DNA from: an uncultured bacterium
GTDB lineage: Bacteria; Patescibacteriota; Patescibacteriia; CAIQCM01
NCBI GenBank assembly: GCA_963708045.1
Contig: OY970181.1
Coordinates: 195,740-259,739 of the forward strand
Direction of reading: 5' to 3'
DNA: 64,000 nucleotides
The translations under genes were made by a program, and so were the position numbers. The notes beneath the pieces are model-generated. The model worked only from the letters and a program-made list of their open reading frames with translations, made no database searches and was not told the DNA's origin. This document shows, one piece after another, positions 49,222 through 58,461 of this stretch (its first letter is position 1; each line of letters opens with the position of its first letter).

Positions 49222-49346
49222 GGCGTCATCCCGAAGAGCCGAAGCGATGAGGGAACTCAAAGTCTTTAGCAAGTTTCGTGATTCCTCGCCGAGCTGAGCT
49301 CGGCCGAGCCCTAGACAAAACGTCCTTACGGGCTCGGAATGACGCC
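49222..49346. repeat. MITE-like palindromic element, copy D (long form)
   Basis: ggcgtcatcccgaagagccgaagcgatgagggaactcaaagtctttagc...ccgagctgagctcggccgagccctag...ctcggaatgacgcc. Confidence 0.7.
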
Positions 49347-49436
49347 ATAAAAATTATTATTACGCACTTTATCATAAAAAAACGACGCAGCCTGGGAATT
49401 CCAGACTGCGCGTGGTGGGCGAGATGTACGGCGGGG

Positions 49437-49940
49437 TCAGCGACTAGCGCTAGCGTATAAACGGTTATGGTGTCCAACCCATGCGCGAGCTTGTTCTTCA
49501 TCTTCGCTCGCAAAGACCCGCATCGTGTTGTTGGCGTAGCGGCCATTGTTTTGCTTCTGGCCAAACGGAAAGGCAATTCCTGGCACAAGCGCGATATAGA
49601 AGAGCGACGTGAATACAAGCGCGAAGGTGGGATCGGTCTTGCCTTCGTCTTCGGTCGGATTTTGACAAATACAAACAGGATGACCGACCAAAAAAACCTG
49701 AGTATCAACCTCCGACGAGACGCCGTAGAGTACAGCCGTTTGGCCGTCGTCAAAAGCGACAAACAGTTGCGCTGTGAGATAGGCCAAACGGTTTTGAACC
49801 AGAATAGCCTCACGCCGTAGGGTTATTGCCCAGTCCTCGTTTGATTTTCCTGCCGCCTCGCGCAAAACCCTGATCCTCGTGCGTGCCGCTTCTGGCGTAA
49901 CAATTGTTGCTGTATCAACCTTAGGAATTCCTGTCTGCAT
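49437..49940 (-). CDS. hypothetical protein (GC-rich orphan)
   Basis: 167-aa ORF. Followed (3') by the hairpin cgcagcctgggaattccagactgcg. Confidence 0.4.
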   Translation of the reverse strand: MQTGIPKVDTATIVTPEAARTRIRVLREAAGKSNEDWAITLRREAILVQNRLAYLTAQLFVAFDDGQTAVLYGVSSEVDTQVFLVGHPVCICQNPTEDEGKTDPTFALVFTSLFYIALVPGIAFPFGQKQNNGRYANNTMRVFASEDEEQARAWVGHHNRLYASASR

Positions 49941-50103
49941 CGCTGTTTCTCCTTACGTAATGAACAACGGTTTCCCGACCGTCAGGGTGAATTTTGGGGA
50001 AAAAATATTATCCTTTTAAATCCATTTTTTGTCAAACCCGCTTAAAACAGAGACACGCAGCCCGGACGAACCAGACTGCGTGTGAATACGAACGGTTGAG
50101 TGA

Positions 50104-50922
50104 TTAAATGTCCCCTTGTCTCCACCGCTGTCGTTGCGCCTCGGCCTCGGCGGCACGAAGTGCGGCTTTCTCTTTTTCTTTCTCTATTCCGCGCAAGTTA
50201 CTTCTTACCTCTTCAAACAAACGCAGAAGCAGTTCAACTCTTGGCGCGTAGTATGCTCTGGCGTCCGTTTGATCAATCGGCATTTTTTCAAGCAGCCCTA
50301 CCACCTCGCGCCTGATTGGCTGAGTTAATTCTTTGCCAAATTCCCACGGTATTTTTCTTCTGCAGCCGTGCAGGTAAACCAAAGCAATGACGAGCAGTTT
50401 TTCAACTCCAATGCGGTCGTTAAAAACACCAAGACAATCATTAGCCGCCCGCAGGTAAGCATTCAGGAAGCCAATTTGTTGAGCAAACGAAATGTCAAAA
50501 AGTCGTCGCGCAAGCTGAGCCCTTTCGCTGGTTTGATATATAGACGTTAGTTCGCCAGGAGTTCTAAAAACGAAAAACCCGGAGATGACCACGTCCATCG
50601 CAAACAGATTCGTCGCAATCTGTGTTCCACGGTTATCGGAAATCGTTTGAAAAACCTTGGGCAGAACCGGAGTGTTAACTGTCCAGGGCGGCGTTGGACG
50701 CTTCACAAGTTTTTGACGCAGTAAATTCAAACCACTTTGCGCAAAAACAATTGCACGTGTTTGAATTTTTGTGACTGGTCGCAAACCACCCAACCATTCT
50801 TTCAAGTCTGCGGCAACGTTGTCTGCAAGACCACCTTCGTCGCGCCAAACCTTTAGGATTTCCGTGATTTGAAAGGTTGTCAAAGCCAAACGGGCTCGTG
50901 AGCTTATGAATTTTCGTCTCAT
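50104..50922 (-). CDS. hypothetical protein (GC-rich orphan, Arg/Glu-rich C-terminal coiled coil)
   Basis: 272-aa ORF. Followed (3') by the hairpin cgcagcccggacgaaccagactgcg, related to the one after 49437. Confidence 0.4.
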   Translation of the reverse strand: MRRKFISSRARLALTTFQITEILKVWRDEGGLADNVAADLKEWLGGLRPVTKIQTRAIVFAQSGLNLLRQKLVKRPTPPWTVNTPVLPKVFQTISDNRGTQIATNLFAMDVVISGFFVFRTPGELTSIYQTSERAQLARRLFDISFAQQIGFLNAYLRAANDCLGVFNDRIGVEKLLVIALVYLHGCRRKIPWEFGKELTQPIRREVVGLLEKMPIDQTDARAYYAPRVELLLRLFEEVRSNLRGIEKEKEKAALRAAEAEAQRQRWRQGDI

Positions 50923-50991
50923 TTGTTCACCTCGCGTTTTCGTAAAAAGAGCTATAACCTGCTAACTGTTTAATTGTTTTCCGCACTTATG

Positions 50992-51870
50992 TCAACTCTG
51001 TGTACTAGACGGGTACATCGGTAACAAGTGCTCGTGCTTGTAGATGAAATTGATCGGTGACATATACCCCAGGGTTTGGTGCGGCCGACGGAAGTTGTAT
51101 TCGATCAGCCACTCAGTGAGCCGTCGGTTGAATTCGGCGCAGTCGTCGGTCATGTTCCCGAGCTGAACAAACTCCTCTTGTAGGGTTCGGTTGAACCGTT
51201 CGTTCGTCGCGTTGTCCTTGGGTGTTTTGATCCGCGAATGATATTGGGGAATATTTAGAGCAAGACACGCGTCAGCAAACCGTCCCTTGAACTCGCTGCC
51301 GTTGTCATGCCCAACGTTCTCTATCTTCCCATCAACGAGATGATGGAGGCGATAAAGAAAATCGCGAGAATTTGATGAACTCTTTGACGTATACATCCGG
51401 GCAAAAGCTAGTTTAGAGTGTTTGTCGATGGCGGTGAAGATGAAACGCTTCTTGCTTTTCCAATAAATAACGACGGTATCGAGGCAGAGTAGAAACCCCG
51501 ATCGTTTCTTGGTCTTGAGGTCGGTGATCTTCTTGCGTTTAACACTATTCTTTCGTTTTTTGTTGATCCTGGCTTGTTTTATTGGGTGGTAATAGAGACG
51601 GTACTTCTCAATAGTCTTCTGCACCTTCCACTCAGAAATGATCTCGTGATATTCTGTGTTATAGAGAGTGGCGATCTTCGCTTTTCCATAGCGGATATGC
51701 GTCCTCTTCAACGAAATGATTCGTTCAGCTTGGAGCGGGGTAATGGCCCGCTCTTTGCGTTTCTTGGGGGTACGATCAAGTTCTTCAAGGGTGCGGAGGT
51801 TGGCATCGTTAAAGCGTTTCTTCCATTTCCAAAAGGTCTTGGGGGCGATGCCAAAATGACGAGCCGTCAA
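50992..51870 (-). CDS. DDE (rve-family) transposase
   Basis: Identical to the copy-1 protein except the last residues (TQS vs TNS), which are flank-encoded. An upstream overlapping 80-aa HTH-like ORF (51809-52051) is intact only in this copy. Confidence 0.8.
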   Translation of the reverse strand: MTARHFGIAPKTFWKWKKRFNDANLRTLEELDRTPKKRKERAITPLQAERIISLKRTHIRYGKAKIATLYNTEYHEIISEWKVQKTIEKYRLYYHPIKQARINKKRKNSVKRKKITDLKTKKRSGFLLCLDTVVIYWKSKKRFIFTAIDKHSKLAFARMYTSKSSSNSRDFLYRLHHLVDGKIENVGHDNGSEFKGRFADACLALNIPQYHSRIKTPKDNATNERFNRTLQEEFVQLGNMTDDCAEFNRRLTEWLIEYNFRRPHQTLGYMSPINFIYKHEHLLPMYPSSTQS

Positions 51871-52131
51871 AAGAGCGTTGCCGCCGTGCTCCTCGTGCCA
51901 AAGGAACCAATCTAGTCGAACGTCTAGCGGGAACGGAGATGCCGATCAGGTCGGCGACGGCGCGAAGGCGCGCCCGACGCGATTTAGTTAAAACGATACC
52001 GGGTTTGAAATACCCGCCGGTGTGGAACCAACGAAGCGTATGATTGCTCATAGAAAGATGAGTTAGATGGGTAACAGTCTCATTTTAACCCCATTCGAGG
52101 AGTGTTACCGATGTATCTCATCTTCTCCACT
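51001..52131 (-). mobile_element. insertion sequence copy 2, 3-bp TSD CTG
   Basis: Flanked by ctg|IS|ctg. Target ...gtcaact|ctg. 1-nt indel relative to copy 1 in the region upstream of the transposase start. Confidence 0.8.
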
Positions 52132-52372
52132 CTGGCACACCCCTCCCATCTTGGCGCGGCCGCGCCAAGATGGGAGGGCAAAAAAATAATCAATTACTAA
52201 TTTAATATTAACGATCCAAAATCGGTCTATAGATTTAAAACACAGCATCACATTAAATCGCGATCGCGAATTAATGTGATGCGTGAAAAAATATTACAAA
52301 ATATAAATCAACATAGAAAATAGGGAAGCGACTGTTGGCCACTTCCCTATCATGCGCGATTGTCATTCGGAT

Positions 52373-53146
52373 CTATGGAGTCTTCGCCGATTCAGCAAGT
52401 GGTAGTTTACCAACGACGTCGCTCACGACAGTGCTAAGCACTTTCGCACCAACGCGTTGTACAATCGTGGCTAGTTCGCCAGTGACCCTTTCAAGCTCAG
52501 CACCCATGAGAGACGTGTGCGCTCTTAGTGCTATAGCAACTTGGTCGCGACATTCTTGCATTGTACCGAACGCGTGCGCCCGTTGAACGACAGCGCCTGG
52601 CCGCCAATCGGTCGGAACAACCATTCCGGCGCGTAGTCTTGGAAACAACTTGCGTCCGTAGTCCACCTGAAACCACATCCAATCGGTCGGCCGCAATTTC
52701 GCAAAACCCATAATAAGCTCTCCGACCGAACTCGTACTGATTACTCCGTACAATTTTTTTCCGGTTTGAGTAAGTTGCACTACGTTAAAAAGCGGCGTGT
52801 CAAGAAACACCCGCCATTCCGCGTCTTTCCAATACGGCGGTTGCCAACCAAGGGCAATCGGGTCGTTGCCAAAAGAAAGACCAAGCTGATTAAGTAGTCC
52901 ACCAAGCTCTTCACGATCTTCGGATATATCACGTGCGGATGCAAAGTTTAACCGACATGCTTCCCCAAGATACAGAACGCCGTACCGACGGCAGTAGTTA
53001 GCTAGCGTCGGAGTACAATTTAAACAATCAATCATTGTGGAGAGCGCCGCAAGCGCCTCTTTTTCAAGAGCGGCGGGGTTCAAACCATCATTATAAAGTG
53101 CGCGTTGTATGCTTACCATTTTTCTCCTCGTGTTTCGTGTTTCCAA
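52373..53146 (-). CDS. hypothetical protein (GC-rich orphan)
   Basis: 257-aa ORF. Followed by paired palindromes (atcacattaa...ttaatgtgat, then ccctcccatct...agatgggaggg). Confidence 0.4.
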   Translation of the reverse strand: METRNTRRKMVSIQRALYNDGLNPAALEKEALAALSTMIDCLNCTPTLANYCRRYGVLYLGEACRLNFASARDISEDREELGGLLNQLGLSFGNDPIALGWQPPYWKDAEWRVFLDTPLFNVVQLTQTGKKLYGVISTSSVGELIMGFAKLRPTDWMWFQVDYGRKLFPRLRAGMVVPTDWRPGAVVQRAHAFGTMQECRDQVAIALRAHTSLMGAELERVTGELATIVQRVGAKVLSTVVSDVVGKLPLAESAKTP

Positions 53147-53366
53147 AATGAAACTAGAACCTGTTTAAGGTTTAGTCGTTAACTGTGTCCTTGTCAACTT
53201 ACCCCACCCTCCCATCTTTCCACGATCGTGGAAAGATGGGAGGGTAAGAGATAACACCGCATCACATTTAACCGCGATCGCGAATTAATGTGATGCGAAA
53301 AAAATTTTAAAAAAACAGCCCGCCCCGATGACCATCGGAGCGGGCTTGTGACGACATTCGGATCGT

Positions 53367-54233
53367 CTAAGTGTTTGGATCGGCTTTGCACGGTGGAAAA
53401 TATTCATCAAGCAAACGTGCAAGCAAGAGCATCGCGTCGCCAAGACGAAACCATCGGAGCTGTGGCTTCCAAAATAAAAAATGACAAAGCACTGAAGGAG
53501 CAAGCAAGTCTTCCGAAAAAAGCCACTTCGCCGCCGCGCTAATCGCACGATCTTTTTCCATCCGCATTTTCAATTCGTATGCTTCACTGTCAAGGATCGC
53601 AATAAACATCCCCATTACACTGCTTTCTGCCGAGGCCAGTCTTGCTACCACCCCAGCCAAAGCAACAACAACATGGTCTGGTTCGTGGTTGCCGATGCCA
53701 TTATTCATAAGCGCGAATAGATAATCCTCAAGCAGACAGATCTCGGCGGAGTGACGATGAACCGATCGACGGCACGCGTACGAAGAAATTAGCCAATTCA
53801 TTCTGTTCACAAGAAGTTTTTTTGCGCGTTCCGCGGCGTCAATTTCGTCAGGGTGTCTAATTCCAGCCTCGACAAACTCTTGACGCCATTTTATTGTTCC
53901 GGCGCGCACTTCTTCCACAATCGGATAAAACGCCGGTTCTAATCCTGTGTTATAGCAAAGCAGTATTGAGTTAACGATTTTCTCGGGGACAGGCAAAGAC
54001 ATAATCTCACGATACGCTTTGTGGCCAACCTCGCGAACAACCGGATTTGCGGGCAACCGCCAAGCACTTATCTTCTGACCACGGAAACCCGCCAAATATG
54101 CATTGTCAAGGGTAGTCTTCTGAATGACCGAGAGTCGTCGCAAAAATTCCGTCGCTCGCCAAGAAGCGACAAAGTTTCGCTCGTTGGTCCGACCGAGGAT
54201 GGCAACGTTTTCTCTACCGTCTCTGTATGACAT
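53367..54233 (-). CDS. hypothetical protein (GC-rich orphan)
   Basis: 288-aa ORF. The same paired palindrome module follows at 53205-53300. Confidence 0.4.
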   Translation of the reverse strand: MSYRDGRENVAILGRTNERNFVASWRATEFLRRLSVIQKTTLDNAYLAGFRGQKISAWRLPANPVVREVGHKAYREIMSLPVPEKIVNSILLCYNTGLEPAFYPIVEEVRAGTIKWRQEFVEAGIRHPDEIDAAERAKKLLVNRMNWLISSYACRRSVHRHSAEICLLEDYLFALMNNGIGNHEPDHVVVALAGVVARLASAESSVMGMFIAILDSEAYELKMRMEKDRAISAAAKWLFSEDLLAPSVLCHFLFWKPQLRWFRLGDAMLLLARLLDEYFPPCKADPNT

Positions 54234-54510
54234 GCCAACCCCACAACCAAAAGCATTCTCAAAGACAAACGGCGTACACTTTATTGGCGTTTCGTCTCTA
54301 CCCGAACCCGTGCCATAAACGGTTCGTTCTTAAAATGAATTATGATTGGCTCAAACATTAGACAACCTCCTTGTTTTCAATTGTAATGTCCGTTAAAGCT
54401 CACCAAAATCCGTCGCTTTAATATCGTCTTGTATCATTAAAATATCTTCGCGTCAATAATCTTCACTGCGAACTGACTATTGAAAAACGGGGGAATGTGG
54501 TAATAATTAC

Positions 54511-55254
54511 TTGTTAACAATGTTTGACTTTGCCTCAAAAAAAGAAGCGACCATAACCGTAGCCCTGGCGGCGTTTTTTGTTTTGGTCACGATCGGGTTT
54601 ACTTTTGAACCGCTCGCGACGGTTATCTTAAAATCACGCGACCTACCGCAAGAAACTGTCCTTTTGGCGAAAATTTTAGCTGACACTAGCAACGAACAAA
54701 TATTAGCAGACGGAAAAATGCTCTTGGGCGAAAAAGGCGTGGTTTTTAAAGAGGGGGAAACATTAAAACGAAGCGTGAACGCTTTGCTTTCATCGGTTAC
54801 TGGCGAACGAACCCTGAACATTATTACTCAAAGCGCCGGCGCCTTGCCCGTCACTTTAACGCTTTCTGGAAAAACTAACGAAGAATATGCAGCAAAACCG
54901 CTAGTTAAATTGATTGCCGCCTATGAAAATCCTTCGGAAAACCGCATAACAATGCCAGATAATACAACTTACATTGAATTTGTCGCTGATCCTGACAAGG
55001 CCAATCCAACCAAGCTCCCTATTCCACTTTCAATAAACACCCACGAAGATATCACCACAATATCCACAAGCAAAAATCCGCTAGAAAAAGCAAATAAATA
55101 CTTATCACCACTTAGCTGTGAAGAACTCCCCTCAGGCACAAAAATCATAAATTTCGCTAAAAATAGGGATTATTTCTTGAGAAACGTGCTTTTTTCAACA
55201 AAGCAATATTTAGCTAATTTTGAATGTTTCCAGAGTTTTTCCACATTTCATTAA
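54511..55254 (+). CDS. hypothetical secreted/membrane-anchored protein
   Basis: N-terminal TM ITVALAAFFVLVTIGFTF. AT-rich native composition. 247 aa. Confidence 0.45.
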   Translation: MLTMFDFASKKEATITVALAAFFVLVTIGFTFEPLATVILKSRDLPQETVLLAKILADTSNEQILADGKMLLGEKGVVFKEGETLKRSVNALLSSVTGERTLNIITQSAGALPVTLTLSGKTNEEYAAKPLVKLIAAYENPSENRITMPDNTTYIEFVADPDKANPTKLPIPLSINTHEDITTISTSKNPLEKANKYLSPLSCEELPSGTKIINFAKNRDYFLRNVLFSTKQYLANFECFQSFSTFH

Positions 55255-55394
55255 ATTTCTTGAGAAAAAAGGGGGATAACCTTGGGGATAAACTATTGAT
55301 AAGTATTGCCTAACCCTGTGTTTAACTAAGTTTTTAGATTTGTTTGTTAATTTTTTCATCTATTTATAGATGATTTTAGCGCCTGTTCACAGAA

Positions 55395-55423
55395 TTGACG
55401 AAAACCGTTTTTTGTGATATTAT
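55395..55423 (+). promoter_or_regulatory. strong sigma70-like promoter (TTGACG-17-TATTAT)
   Basis: ttgacgaaaaccgttttttgtgatattat. Confidence 0.55.
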
Positions 55424-55429
55424 ATATAT

Positions 55430-55752
55430 GTACTCAAGAGAGTGCATTGTTCTTTAGAGAAGTTCCTCAGTCCCTCATAAAGAGACGGAGAAATATCTTT
55501 CACCTGTACTGATTCCATCAACGGAATACATAAGTTGATCTGGAGGCTCCCAAAAGAATCGCTTTGGCGATTCGGGAAAAACCTCCACGGATTCGGTAAA
55601 GGTGATCGCACTACGGCCTGTGCTATCATCAACGAGCATTCCCACCATAAACCTGAGCAATCGGATTTATAGTGGGGATGCCCTTGTGGGCAAGGGCCGA
55701 AAGGCCCAGCAGACTTTGAAACCATATTATAGTCCAGCTAGGGCCTTTTTTT
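55430..55752 (+). ncRNA. candidate structured non-coding RNA (~320 nt), family unidentified
   Basis: Promoter upstream. No plausible ORF on either strand. Internal perfect hairpins (gcccttg...caagggc) and a GAAA-tetraloop helix (gggccgaaaggccc). A terminal hairpin + T-run ends at 55752. Confidence 0.45.
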
Positions 55753-55944
55753 ATTGAAAAATTTTCAACTTGTTTGGGCGATTGACTATATCGCGCCCAA
55801 AGGATAATATTGAATATACCTAAGGAACGAGACAAAACTCTGTTCGCAGAGCTTTTTCGTGCGTTGCTCAGGAGTTTGTAAATAATTAATCTTAAAATCA
55901 CGTCGCGTTTTGTCTTTACTGACCTTAAACGTCGTGTTACAGCT

Positions 55945-56322
55945 ATGGCTCTTAGCGCCAAAACCTTAAAAGAAATAGAAACAAAACTTTTAGAAGAAAA
56001 AACTAAGCTTGAAAACGAGCTCGGCCAAATTTCTACAAAGAACACAAAAAACCCGACTGACTATCAGGCAAATTTTCCCGACTTCGGAAGTTCTGAAGAC
56101 GAAAACGCCGCCGAGGTCACCACCTTTACCGACAACCTTACTTTAGAGAGGACGCTTGAAGCAGCACTCCGCGACACCAACAAAGCCTTGGAAAGCATTA
56201 AGACGGGAAAATACGGCACCTGCAAATATTGCGAAAAAGAAATTGACGAAAAACGTTTGCTCGCGCGACCAGCTTCTTCTTCTTGCATTGATTGCAAAAA
56301 GCGTTTGACTTTAGAAAGTTAA
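55945..56322 (+). CDS. DksA/TraR-family C4 zinc-finger protein
   Basis: Coiled-coil N-terminus. CKYCEKEI...SSCIDCK zinc finger. Own promoter TTGACT-17-TAATAT at 55782-55810. Confidence 0.65.
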   Translation: MALSAKTLKEIETKLLEEKTKLENELGQISTKNTKNPTDYQANFPDFGSSEDENAAEVTTFTDNLTLERTLEAALRDTNKALESIKTGKYGTCKYCEKEIDEKRLLARPASSSCIDCKKRLTLES

Positions 56323-56326
56323 TTTT

Positions 56327-56815
56327 ATGTCGTGGAAACGGACACTTGCCGTTTCTTGCGCCTTGCTTGCGGTTGTTTTTGACCGCTTCCTAAAATGGCA
56401 CTCATTTGCCGCGCTCCCTGGGGAGGGCGCGGTTTTGTTTCCGGGTTTTGATTATAAATATTTTTTAAATACCGGACTAACTTTTTCCCTATTCAATAAC
56501 CCGCTCGCGATTACCGCTTCGCTCGTTGCCGCCGTCGCGCTAACTGTTTGGTTGGTTTATAAAATTAAACGCGAGCCAAACTGGTTTGCTTTGCCAACAA
56601 ATATGATCGGCGTTCTGCTTGTTGCTTTGGGCGGCGCGAGCAATTTGTTTGATCGGTTTTATTTTCACGGCGTTATTGATTACCTACTTTTCTTTTCTCG
56701 GTCTGCGTGGAATATCGCAGATATCATGATCCTCGCAGGAATTTTGTTTCTCATTCTGAAACGAGATTCCAAAGGCGGTTTTTCCGACAACGAGCGTTTA
56801 GCGGATAGCGGATAG
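56327..56815 (+). CDS. lspA: lipoprotein signal peptidase II
   Basis: Four TM helices. FDRFYFHGVIDYL and WNIADIMI motifs. Confidence 0.75.
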   Translation: MSWKRTLAVSCALLAVVFDRFLKWHSFAALPGEGAVLFPGFDYKYFLNTGLTFSLFNNPLAITASLVAAVALTVWLVYKIKREPNWFALPTNMIGVLLVALGGASNLFDRFYFHGVIDYLLFFSRSAWNIADIMILAGILFLILKRDSKGGFSDNERLADSG

Positions 56816-56884
56816 CGGATAGCGTTTAGTTTTCTAGACCCTATACGCTAAACCCTATACCCTGTTTCTGTTGTCTTCCAAAAT

Positions 56885-58393
56885 ATGGCGACAGCTATAA
56901 TGAGTGCGGCTTTGGGCGGAATTTGCGCCCGGCCGCTTCGTGTTGAAGCCGACGTCTCGTCGGGTCTTCCTTCTTTTAACGTTGTCGGTCTTCCCGACGC
57001 CGCCGTTTCCGAGTCGCGCGACCGCGTTCGCGCGGCCATTAAAAATAGTGGCTTTTCTTTTCCCGGCGGCCGCGTCACGGTTAACCTTGCGCCGGCTGAT
57101 TCAAAAAAAGCCGGTTCGTCTTATGATCTCCCCATTGCCGCGGCGATTTTGGGCGAGTGTGGTTTTTTGCGAAAGCTTCCCGAAGGCGCAATTTATGTTG
57201 GCGAGCTGTCGCTTGACGGCGCCGTGCGTCCAGTCGCGGGCGTGCTCGCCATTGCCGAACTCTGCCGCGAAACAAAAGCGTCGTGCTTGTTTGTACCGGT
57301 AGAAAACGCCGCCGAAGCGGCGCTTGTTCCTGGGATAAAAATAATTCCCATTGCTTCACTGCTTAAGTTAGTAATGCATTTGGACGAAACGGAAATAATT
57401 ATAGGAACACCACATCATCTTCCAGAAATTGACGACACGCCTTGGGAAACCGATTTTGCCGCGATCCGCGGACAACAAACAGCGAAACGCGTTCTCACCA
57501 TTGCCGCCGCTGGCGCACACAATATTATTTTGTCGGGTCCGCCCGGCTCGGGCAAAACAATGCTTTCGCATGCGCTCGCCGGAATCCTCCCATCACTGAC
57601 ATATAATGAGGCTTTAGAAATTACCCGAATTTATTCCGCCGCCGGCCTACTTGGTAGTAAGGGTCTTATTAAGACGCGACCGTTTCGTCATCCACACCAC
57701 TCGGCCTCGGCTGTCGCCATTGTCGGCGGCGGCAGTAATGCCCGGCCTGGCGAAATTTCGCTCGCGCATCGGGGCATATTATTCATGGATGAATTTCCAG
57801 AGTTTCCGCATTCGGTTTTGGAACACTTGCGCGAACCGCTTGAAGACGGCACGATTACCGTTTCGCGCGCCGCCGGAACCAATACCTATCCCGCAAAATT
57901 TTTACTTATCGCCGCAAAAAATCCGTGTCCCTGCGGCTATGCCTCTGACCCGCAAGTAAGTTGCACTTGTCCGCCGCACCGACTTGATCTCTACAAAAAG
58001 AAATTATCCGGACCGCTTTTGGATCGCATTGACCTAACCGCCGAGGTGCCGCGTCAGTCTTGGACCGAACTTGCGAAAGGTGGAGACGGCGAAAACTCGG
58101 CAACCATCCGCGCGCTGGTTACCGCGGCGCGCAGTCGGCAAACTGATCGTTTTTCACAAACAAAAATTTTGGCGAACAGCGAAATTCCACCGCGAATGTT
58201 AGAAAAATTTTGTCCGCTTACGCCCGAGGCCGCAAACATGATCGCGCTCGCCGTGGATCGCTTCCGCCTTTCCGCGCGTTCGTATCATCACTTATTAAAA
58301 GTTTCCCGCACTATTGCCGACCTAGACGCGGTAGAAATAATTTCCGAGTCACACATTACCGAAGCCTTGCAGTATCGGCCGAAGAGAGAATAG
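56885..58393 (+). CDS. ComM/YifB-family Mg-chelatase-like AAA+ ATPase
   Basis: N-terminal Lon-like domain. Walker A GPPGSGKT. ...HRGILFMDEFPEF..., C-terminal helical domain. 502 aa. Confidence 0.85.
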   Translation: MATAIMSAALGGICARPLRVEADVSSGLPSFNVVGLPDAAVSESRDRVRAAIKNSGFSFPGGRVTVNLAPADSKKAGSSYDLPIAAAILGECGFLRKLPEGAIYVGELSLDGAVRPVAGVLAIAELCRETKASCLFVPVENAAEAALVPGIKIIPIASLLKLVMHLDETEIIIGTPHHLPEIDDTPWETDFAAIRGQQTAKRVLTIAAAGAHNIILSGPPGSGKTMLSHALAGILPSLTYNEALEITRIYSAAGLLGSKGLIKTRPFRHPHHSASAVAIVGGGSNARPGEISLAHRGILFMDEFPEFPHSVLEHLREPLEDGTITVSRAAGTNTYPAKFLLIAAKNPCPCGYASDPQVSCTCPPHRLDLYKKKLSGPLLDRIDLTAEVPRQSWTELAKGGDGENSATIRALVTAARSRQTDRFSQTKILANSEIPPRMLEKFCPLTPEAANMIALAVDRFRLSARSYHHLLKVSRTIADLDAVEIISESHITEALQYRPKRE

Positions 58394-58461
58394 TCTTTAG
58401 GAAATTTAAAATATCCCAGTTGGGGATATTTTAATAAAAGTTAAAAGTTAACAGTTAAAAG

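Noticed and set aside
44448-52131. Composite transposon formed by the two IS copies
   Set aside because: Each copy has its own distinct 3-bp target duplication (ATT and CTG). The intervening DNA is essential core (rpsO, pnp). These are independent insertions.
55430-55752. RNase P RNA or tmRNA assignment for the ncRNA candidate
   Set aside because: Universal RNase P motifs (GGAAAGUCC, ACAGAA...GGCUUA) are absent. tmRNA tRNA-like termini and a tag reading frame are also absent.
55420-56045. Minus-strand ORFs of 101 and 138 aa over the ncRNA candidate
   Set aside because: There is no start context and the composition is odd. A plus-strand consensus promoter and terminator bracket the region, so a non-coding transcript is favoured.
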